DNA of 64,000 nt from Eubacteriales bacterium. Lineage in GTDB: Bacteria; Bacillota; Clostridia; Oscillospirales; QAKW01. A model generated the notes under the pieces. That model made no database searches and was not told the DNA's origin. It worked only from the letters and a program-made list of their open reading frames with translations. Numbering within the stretch: position 1 is the stretch's first letter; each line of letters starts with the position of its first letter. A program made the translations under genes and the position numbers. Below are positions 1 to 6,637 of the stretch, in pieces. The stretch is from NCBI GenBank assembly GCA_045544995.1, contig JAZQAE010000167.1:1218-65217 (forward strand), in the 5' to 3' direction.

Positions 1-686
1 TATTCCCCACCGGCTTTTGGCTGGGGGATATGGTGGGCGTCAAGGGTCATCCTCGTGCCATCCAAATTAACCAAGGTACCATCGCCCTTAATCCCCATAC
101 CCTCTTGACGGTTTTGGAGGAACTTTGCGACGAGATCGCACGCAACGGCTTCCGGAAGATCCTCATCGTCAACAGCCACGGCGGCAACCAAACCCTTTTG
201 AGTTTCTTCCTGCGTTGTCAAGGCTATAAAAATAAAAATTATGCAACCATGGTGCGACCCAAGATCCATGATCGCAAAACCCTTTTTGCCAACCTTTTAG
301 AGCAGTCGGCAGATTTTCCCATGCTGACCGAGAAAGACCTTGAGGTGCTGAAGCGGTACCAAGAAACCGGAACCGGGGGCGGTCATGCAGATTTTGTAGA
401 AACCGCTCGGGTGATGGCAAACCATCCTGAGCTGATCGCAGAGGATCGGTATGATCTGGAAAGCGGTCTCTCCACCCATCGCTCCGATTATCTCTCCGAG
501 TTAGGGGTCAACATTACCCGCGGCTGGACGGCAGATTATCCCAATGCTTTCACTGGCTTTGCGCCTCACGGCTGCTCCCAGACTATCGGTCAAGCTATTG
601 TGGAATACAGCGCAAGAGAATTGGCGCATATCTTTAAGGTTTTGAAGAACGACGAAGAGTGCGTCAACATCGCAACCGGGAAATAA
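1..686 (+). CDS. Creatininase-family amidohydrolase, 5' end cut by window edge
   Basis: The reading frame of ORF 30..686 stays open to the window start. It has the NSHGGN and GGGHADFVET motifs typical of the creatinine amidohydrolase fold. Confidence 0.6.
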   Translation, partial: FPTGFWLGDMVGVKGHPRAIQINQGTIALNPHTLLTVLEELCDEIARNGFRKILIVNSHGGNQTLLSFFLRCQGYKNKNYATMVRPKIHDRKTLFANLLEQSADFPMLTEKDLEVLKRYQETGTGGGHADFVETARVMANHPELIAEDRYDLESGLSTHRSDYLSELGVNITRGWTADYPNAFTGFAPHGCSQTIGQAIVEYSARELAHIFKVLKNDEECVNIATGK

Positions 687-693
687 TAATAAC

Positions 694-724
694 AAAAAAT
701 GCTGTGCAACGCACAGCATTTTTT
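694..724. terminator. Bidirectional intrinsic terminator
   Basis: Perfect 9-bp stem atgctgtgc/gcacagcat with loop aac, flanked by an A-run and a T-run. It sits between convergent genes. Confidence 0.7.
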
Positions 725-1057
725 ATTGTAACAAATCCGAGGGACGGACGCCCTGATATTTTTTAAAGACGCTGGTGAAATAAGAATGGTTATCAAATCC
801 ACATTGTTCCGCCGCCTCCCGAGCGGTGTATTTCCCACTCTCCAAAAGCTCCCGGGCATATTCACAGCGCAGATAGTTGATATAATAATTCACCGTATGC
901 CGGTTACCTCCTTGAAAAGGCGAAGAAAATAATACTTACTGGTGCCGGGGCGCTCCATACGGTTACGATGGAAGATAAAGGGGAATTCTTTATTTTTATA
1001 AAGATGTGGCTCAAAGACCGCATTGGTTAGCAATATATTGTTATTCATAAGCAACAT
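723..1057 (-). pseudogene. AraC-family regulator remnant (truncated N-terminus plus 1-nt frameshift)
   Basis: ORF 890..1150 ends ...SKYYFLRLFKEVTGIR*. In the adjacent frame the text continues VNYYINYLRCEYARELLESGKYTAREAAEQCGFDNHSYFTSVFKKYQGVRPSDLLQ* (stop at 723-725). That is the second HTH of an AraC domain, so the gene is split by a frameshift near 890. Only about 30 residues precede the HTH region. Confidence 0.7.
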
Positions 1058-1124
1058 CTCCTTTTTGCACTTTTTAAAAACATTATATATAATAAAAGCA
1101 AGAAATGCACGGAGGAAAGTGACC

Positions 1125-1821
1125 ATGCTCAATTTGATCCCCCAGGTCAAGACCTTGGAACTTCAGAAAGGGATCTTGGCCAAAAAAGCAATATTTTTTG
1201 AATCTCCAGCAGACAGCCGTTTGACCGCCGCCCTGCAGGCTCTCCCCTCTGCGCCGGACGGCGCAGTCCTGACCTTGGAAGTCGGCAACGAGGGTGAGGG
1301 CTACGAGCTTTGGGTAGAGGAAGAAAACATCTCCCTCATGGCAGAGTACGGCCATAAGCACGGTGCCCTCGGCGTCCTCAATGCCAACTGGGGCGACTAC
1401 GGTCATACCTGCAGTCTGGAACTCTCCCTGTACGGTCTGGTGCTGGGGGCGGAAAAATCCTGGACCGTAGCCACCAAGGTGGGAGAGGAATTCTCCAAAA
1501 AGGTGGATTTCCTGCTCTATCAGCAGGAGGGTGCTCTGGACGCCCTCAAAGAGGTCAGCGCTCTCCAATACGGAGGCCTGGCTCAAGGCCTTCCGTGAAA
1601 AGTGGACTGCCAAGAATAAAGAAAGTGAACTCTACCGCATCGAAGAATTCTTCCGCAATTGGGAGAGTCTTTAAAAAAATACAAACCGCTTTCTGCCGTA
1701 CATTCTGGATAACGGCAAGTTTCCGGAGGATTGGTTTGAAAAGACCTCGACCTGCCGGAAAAACTGCCATGAATGTAGCTATTGCCAAAGGGTTTTGGAT
1801 CAAATCCTTTTGGAAAACTAA
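1125..1821 (+). pseudogene. GH20 beta-N-acetylhexosaminidase-like remnant (internal deletion, frameshift, in-frame stop)
   Basis: N-terminus MLNLIPQVKTLELQKG...GYELWVEEENISLMAE resembles the GH20 N-terminal domain. It is fused directly to a C-terminal-like NANWGDYGH...GAEKSWT segment. The frame then shifts at about 1570 (EAWLKAFREKWTAKNKESELYRIEEFFRNWESL*), and the text continues after an in-frame stop (KNTNRFLPYILDNGKFPEDWF...CRKNCHECSYCQRVLDQILLEN*). Confidence 0.55.
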
Positions 1822-1827
1822 ATATTT

Positions 1828-1858
1828 CCCTGCCGATTGCTTTCGGCAGGGATTTTTG
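1828..1858 (+). terminator. Intrinsic terminator
   Basis: Stem ccctgccg/cggcaggg followed by atttttgtt. Confidence 0.7.
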
Positions 1859-1886
1859 TTATAATAAAGTAAGTGGAGGTGTCGCT

Positions 1887-2882
1887 ATGCCGAAAAAACC
1901 GTTGCAAAACCAAAAGCTTTTACGTCTTCGAGACCTCTTTTTGGAGGAGACCGACGAGACCCATGGCCTGACCATGGAAGAAATCTTAGAACGTCTTGCG
2001 GTGTTCGGCATTTCTGCCGAGCGCAAAAGCATTTACGAGAATATTGAGACGCTCAATCAATGCGGTATGGACATCCTCCGGGAAAGGCGGGGCGGAAAGA
2101 CCTATTACTTTGCCGCCTCCCGGGAGTTTGAGACGGCGGAACTGCGTCTTTTGGCGGATGCGGTGGCCTCTTCCCGTTTCATTACGGCGAAAAAGTCCGA
2201 AGAGCTTTTAAAGAAACTTACCCGACTGACCAGCCGTCACTCGGCGCAAGGGCTACGCAGACAGGTGCACGTCCCCAGCCGGATCAAAAACATGAACGAG
2301 ACCATCTTCTATTTAGTGGATGACCTCAACCGTGCCATCAGCGAAAATACCGCCATTACCTTTTGTTACTACGATTGGAGGGCAGAGGGGAAAACCCTGC
2401 GGCGCATTCCCCGGCACGGCGGACAAAGCTATGAGGTCTCCCCTTGGCAGTTGCTTTGGGAGGATGAGTTCTACTATCTCATTGCCTATGACCACCGTAC
2501 CCATTCCATCCGCCACTATCGGGTGGACCGAATGGGAGAGATCGCCCTCACCGACCAAAAGCGTCAAGGCGAAGAGGAATTCAAAAAGATCCGGATGGAG
2601 GATTATACCTCCCGGCTTTTCGGAATGTTCGGGGGCGAGACCCAGACTGTCACCCTTTCCTTCCCTGCCCGATTTTTAGACGTAATGATCGACCGATTCG
2701 GCAAACAGCTTTCTCTGCAACAAGACGGCGAAAACTGGCGTCTTCGAGTCCCGGTCATTCCCAGCCTCCCCTTTTACGGTTGGCTCCTTTCTCTGGGGCC
2801 GGAGGTAACCTTAACAGAGCCGGAACATCTGAGACAAGAATATTTAATGATTTTAAAAAAGGAGATTGAACGCCATGGTTAA
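1887..2882 (+). CDS. WYL-domain transcriptional regulator (wHTH-WYL-WCX architecture)
   Basis: ATG at 1887 is preceded by GGAGG. The N-terminal wHTH-like segment reads LLRLRDLFLEETDETHGLTMEEILERL. The central part ...YEVSPWQLLWEDEFYYLIAYDHRTHSIRHYRVDRM is typical of WYL domains. Confidence 0.8.
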   Translation: MPKKPLQNQKLLRLRDLFLEETDETHGLTMEEILERLAVFGISAERKSIYENIETLNQCGMDILRERRGGKTYYFAASREFETAELRLLADAVASSRFITAKKSEELLKKLTRLTSRHSAQGLRRQVHVPSRIKNMNETIFYLVDDLNRAISENTAITFCYYDWRAEGKTLRRIPRHGGQSYEVSPWQLLWEDEFYYLIAYDHRTHSIRHYRVDRMGEIALTDQKRQGEEEFKKIRMEDYTSRLFGMFGGETQTVTLSFPARFLDVMIDRFGKQLSLQQDGENWRLRVPVIPSLPFYGWLLSLGPEVTLTEPEHLRQEYLMILKKEIERHG

Positions 2883-3171
2883 ACACATGATTATCTGGAA
2901 GATGAAAGAGGAAATCGAGGATAAAACCGCCGTCAAAAAAGCGGTCAAAGAGGCGCTGGAGGGCTTGGTAGGCAAGATCGACGGCCTTTTGGAGATGAAG
3001 ATCCTCACCGAGGGCTTAGACTGCTCCGCCGGCGACCTGATGATGGACTCCACCTTGGAGAGTAAAGAGGCCCTGGATGCTTACCAAAAGCATCCCCTCC
3101 ACCAGGAAGCGGCCAACACCTTTGTTCGCCCCAATATGAGCCAACGGCTCTCCTTCGATTACGAAGTATAA
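2875..3171 (+). CDS. Dabb (stress-responsive alpha/beta-barrel) family protein
   Basis: MVKHMIIWKMKEE...DAYQKHPLHQEAANTFVRP matches the Dabb family pattern. The ATG at 2875 overlaps the WYL gene stop (ATGGTTAA), with AGGAG 10 nt upstream. Confidence 0.75.
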   Translation: MVKHMIIWKMKEEIEDKTAVKKAVKEALEGLVGKIDGLLEMKILTEGLDCSAGDLMMDSTLESKEALDAYQKHPLHQEAANTFVRPNMSQRLSFDYEV

Positions 3172-3533
3172 AAAATAACCCCCGGCAGAAAAATGCATAA
3201 TGTTGTTAGCGAAACTTTTATTGTAATGCTCAAATGTACTGTTAGAACCAGCATCGCAGTTGTTCGCACAAATGCGATTGACTCACTAACAGCAGAAAAG
3301 AGAAAACTCGTTTATCCACGGGTCTTCTCTTTCTTTTTTGTCTGTCAAATGATGTGCCGACTATCGTCAGCGTGATATTTTTGAAAATCCTCGCCTATGG
3401 CAAGATATTTCAAAAAAAGGAGATATTGAAGCCTTTTGGGAAATGTTCGCTAAGTATATTTCCCAAAGCTCTGCCAGAGTTCTTTTATAAAAGATAACCA
3501 AAAACAGACAAAAATATTTGGTTATTTTGTAAA

Positions 3534-3562
3534 TAGACAACATAAAATTGTTGTGTTATTAT
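3534..3562 (+). promoter_or_regulatory. Sigma-A-like promoter (TAGACA-17-TATTAT, with TG extended -10)
   Basis: Read directly from the sequence. It lies just after a 9-bp hairpin ataaccaaa...tttggttat. Confidence 0.4.
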
Positions 3563-3610
3563 GAAATCGTAATAGATTCACGTTTATCATTTTTGAAAGG
3601 AGAATGCAAA

Positions 3611-3700
3611 ATGATTTTCTACAATCATAAAATCAAAATAGGCATTCTATGCGCCAATCAGAATTTTTCAAAAACAACAAAACTTCTCCTGTCTATATAA
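3611..3700 (+). CDS. Candidate 29-aa small ORF (MIFYNHKIKIGILCANQNFSKTTKLLLSI)
   Basis: AAAGGAGA lies 7 nt upstream of the ATG. The ORF has its own promoter upstream and a terminator immediately downstream. No similarity was recognised. Confidence 0.25.
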   Translation: MIFYNHKIKIGILCANQNFSKTTKLLLSI

Positions 3701-3701
3701 G

Positions 3702-3743
3702 CGTGCGGAGCCGTACTAAAAACCGGGCTCTGCACGTTTTTTT
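3702..3743 (+). terminator. Intrinsic terminator
   Basis: An 11-bp stem cgtgcggagcc/gggctctgcacg (one G-U pair) followed by T7. Confidence 0.7.
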
Positions 3744-3772
3744 AAGAAAAATTAAAAGAGGAGGAAATATTT

Positions 3773-4843
3773 ATGTTTAGAAATTATCGAAAAATAGCGC
3801 TAATAGCCATCTTGGCACTATTGTTTTCTTGCACACCCTATACGCCGTTGCCAAAGGTGGAAGCGGCTACGGTTAACGAGAGCGAAAACAATAACACAGG
3901 AGAGACCGCTGATGTGACGCAAGATGATAATACCAATTATGGTGCAATCACCAGTAGTTCGGATGAAGATTGGTGGAAAATAACCTTTTCTTCAAGCGGG
4001 ATGGCTAATTTTTGGTTGGGAAATATCCCATCAGGATGTAATTATGCCATTCATGTAAAAACAGGTGATACAGCATATGCCTCGGTTGCTTATCGTGACA
4101 CCGGAACAGGTAATTCAAAGCTTGTTAAAGTCAATGTGAAGGCAGGAATTACATATTATGTCCAAATTTTTTCCATGTCCGGTTATTCATCACAAAAATA
4201 TACTTTGCGGATAAAGCGATATGATTATCGGCCTGCTAATATGTTTACATCTACCACAGATGCATATGGAAACAATTTCAGACCCGCAGCCACTGGTTCT
4301 TATTCATATATATGGAATATGGGATTTGGTGGACAGGAATATCTTAACAATACGGCCTCAGAAGCATTTGAATCCGTTCCATATTCTGATATAACGGTTT
4401 TTAGAGGTCACGGCTATACGGGAGGAGGCGGAGCGTTTTTCTATGATGAAAACGGTGTTGAAAGTTTGATTTATGCATCCGCAGCTAATAGTTCACAATT
4501 GGCCATATCTAATTACGGGTGGAGTGGTTTAGATGGAGTGAAACTCTTTATGTTTGTTGGATGCGATACCGGTTTAACCAGTACAGCCAGAGGGAATTTA
4601 GTAGATTCAGCTATTACAAAGGGAACATATGTTGCAGTTGGATGGAAGGGAACGATTTATACGGAAAGCGCTAACAATTGGGTTATACAGTTTTTTAAAA
4701 ATTGTGCTCAAAATGGAGGAAATATGGAAGGAGCACTAAATCGGGCAGATCTATGGATGGAAACAAATAACCGCAACTTTGCCGACGAAATGGAAAATCG
4801 CTATGTAGGAAGTAGTATGCCTTCTGCCTTGAAATTAGGATAA
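3773..4843 (+). CDS. Secreted protein: signal peptide, PPC (pre-peptidase C-terminal)-like domain, and a putative clan-CD (gingipain/caspase-like) cysteine peptidase domain
   Basis: GGAGG RBS and a hydrophobic N-terminal signal. ENNNTGETAD...GAITSSSDEDWWKITF...GITYYVQIF...YTLRIKRY fits the PPC pattern. The C-terminal half has VFRGHGYTGG and then KLFMFVGCDTG, a His-Gly ... hydrophobic strand-Cys arrangement as in peptidase families C25/C14. Confidence 0.45.
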   Translation: MFRNYRKIALIAILALLFSCTPYTPLPKVEAATVNESENNNTGETADVTQDDNTNYGAITSSSDEDWWKITFSSSGMANFWLGNIPSGCNYAIHVKTGDTAYASVAYRDTGTGNSKLVKVNVKAGITYYVQIFSMSGYSSQKYTLRIKRYDYRPANMFTSTTDAYGNNFRPAATGSYSYIWNMGFGGQEYLNNTASEAFESVPYSDITVFRGHGYTGGGGAFFYDENGVESLIYASAANSSQLAISNYGWSGLDGVKLFMFVGCDTGLTSTARGNLVDSAITKGTYVAVGWKGTIYTESANNWVIQFFKNCAQNGGNMEGALNRADLWMETNNRNFADEMENRYVGSSMPSALKLG

Positions 4844-4864
4844 TTTATTGAAAGGGGATTTAAA

Positions 4865-5671
4865 ATGACCTACAAAAAGTGTATATGGATTCTTCTATCT
4901 ATTTTACTATTCACTTCTGCTTTTAGTGTAGTTTCGTTTGCACTATGCCAATTTGACAAAACTATTGAAGACCCTATGGCGATAAATAAAGAGTGTTATC
5001 TTCGAGATGAGGCTGTCACAAAAAGGGAAGTATCTCTTTCAAATAACGAACAACGGTTAGTGACTTATAAACAGACAGAACAAGTGACTCAAAGTGAATA
5101 TATAGATGTTTATACTCACGAACAAGAAGAGTATTGGTATGGTCAAGAGGGAAAGTTGACGGCATATTATAAAGGGTCAAATAGCCTCCCCATTGACAAC
5201 TCGGAAATTGATCAACAGACAGCACAAAGAATTGCGGATCAGCATATTATGGACCTTTATGGAAAACCAAACGAATATACATTGGATTCTAGTGAATATA
5301 ATGATTCAAAATCTTCGTATAGTGTCCGATATACTCTATGCGTTGGAGAAGAAAACCTTGTTTATGCCGATGTTTGTAGCGTGACAGTATCTAAAGATGG
5401 TCAGGTCATTTCAAGTAGTGCACCTCACTCTGAAATACTAAACGGGTTTGATAAAGAAACCCTAAACGGAATTACACGAGAAAAATTAGGTGAATATGCT
5501 TTGAAACAGATCAATACAATGTATGCAAAAGAAAAAGTCAAATCGGTTGAATTGGAAGAGGTATGGCTTCAGAGGGAAGACGACGGTAAATTTTATTTAC
5601 TTCTCTCTGTAAGAATAACGAAATCTACCGAGATGGTAATAGCGAAGGAGCTTGTATATGCGCTGGTTTAA
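4865..5671 (+). CDS. Membrane-anchored exported protein with PepSY-like segment(s)
   Basis: N-terminal TM/signal anchor. EIDQQTAQRIADQHIMDLYG...VTVSKDGQVISS resembles the PepSY/propeptide-inhibitor pattern. The assignment is weak. Confidence 0.35.
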   Translation: MTYKKCIWILLSILLFTSAFSVVSFALCQFDKTIEDPMAINKECYLRDEAVTKREVSLSNNEQRLVTYKQTEQVTQSEYIDVYTHEQEEYWYGQEGKLTAYYKGSNSLPIDNSEIDQQTAQRIADQHIMDLYGKPNEYTLDSSEYNDSKSSYSVRYTLCVGEENLVYADVCSVTVSKDGQVISSSAPHSEILNGFDKETLNGITREKLGEYALKQINTMYAKEKVKSVELEEVWLQREDDGKFYLLLSVRITKSTEMVIAKELVYALV

Positions 5672-6596
5672 AAAGGGCATTATCATACTATTGAGTGTCG
5701 GAATTCTTTTAACGGGAACGGTTACGGCAATCAATTTGTATCGTTATTTTTCTACCAAGGAAGAACCCGCTCAAACAGCGCTGTTTCATACGCCAGACTT
5801 TTTGGAAATACGGCTTGGAAATAAAACGGTAATACTTACCAAAACAGACCCCGCCTTTGATAAAATCATTGTTTCAAACCGTCAGAGAGGAGCACATCTC
5901 TCTTATTATTACCAAGCGGAAGACACATTAAGTTACGGAGTAGATACAGATGTTTTGGTCTTGACCTACGGTTATAACAAGCCGATACAACTATCCATTC
6001 CACTGAGATTAGAAGATGCGAAAATGGCAGCGCAAAATATCTCCTTTCTTTTGACCGGAGATTACGGCGATGCGTTCGTTATTAACGAACAACCGTCTGT
6101 CTTTTATACTGCGTTAAACATAGATGCAGAATTGATCCAATATGCAGAAGATCTCTTGGAAGAGCGAGGGATACCCATAGAGGAAAAAAATTCCTTTTTC
6201 CCTACTCCTACCAAAATCATCTTAAAAAACATCCATAAATCCGTCTCCATCTTATCGGGAGAAGAAGTCTTTCAAAGTTTATTAAAATCCAATAATCGTC
6301 GGTTAATTGCATCGTTCTATCCGGAAGTAGAACCGTATAAAACCTATGTAGCCGATGAGAATTATAATGGACTTAGGATGTATTATTGTTATGAGGAGCC
6401 GGTTTCCTTCTCCATTCCGAGCGCAGAAGGGCCGAAAACCGTTCAGGCAGACCGGATCCTGTTTATCCTTACAGCTGAGGAATCCGATAAGTTCATCTTG
6501 GAAAAGAACGGATCGTTCAACTGTTATACCGGGATTGCAGAAGGAAGTGAACTATTGCAACTCGGATTTAAAACCTTAAATGAAACAGAATCATAA
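5652..6596 (+). CDS. Membrane-anchored protein with two tandem copies of an unknown ~140-aa domain
   Basis: N-terminal TM segment. The internal duplication is visible by eye: FLEIRLGNKTVILTKTDPAFDKIIVSNRQR / KIILKNIHKSVSILSGEEVFQSLLKSNNRR; YGYNKPIQLSIP / YCYEEPVSFSIP; ISFLLTGDYGDAFVINEQPSVFYTAL / ILFILTAEESDKFILEKNGSFNCYTGI. It overlaps the upstream gene by 20 nt (alternative start at 5658). Confidence 0.5.
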   Translation: MYMRWFKKGIIILLSVGILLTGTVTAINLYRYFSTKEEPAQTALFHTPDFLEIRLGNKTVILTKTDPAFDKIIVSNRQRGAHLSYYYQAEDTLSYGVDTDVLVLTYGYNKPIQLSIPLRLEDAKMAAQNISFLLTGDYGDAFVINEQPSVFYTALNIDAELIQYAEDLLEERGIPIEEKNSFFPTPTKIILKNIHKSVSILSGEEVFQSLLKSNNRRLIASFYPEVEPYKTYVADENYNGLRMYYCYEEPVSFSIPSAEGPKTVQADRILFILTAEESDKFILEKNGSFNCYTGIAEGSELLQLGFKTLNETES

Positions 6597-6597
6597 A

Positions 6598-6637
6598 ACT
6601 CACCCCGGCAGAGAAATCTCTGCCGGGGTGAGTTTTA
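6598..6637. terminator. Bidirectional intrinsic terminator
   Basis: Perfect 16-bp stem actcaccccggcagag/ctctgccggggtgagt with loop aaat. It is flanked by an A-run and a T-run between convergent genes. Confidence 0.85.

Noticed and set aside
3193-3375. A 60-aa ORF at the start of the AT-rich island.
   Set aside because: It has no RBS and an odd composition. It lies in a region that otherwise looks like degraded sequence. Only the start-less fragment at 3353-3490, in another frame, looks like former coding sequence.
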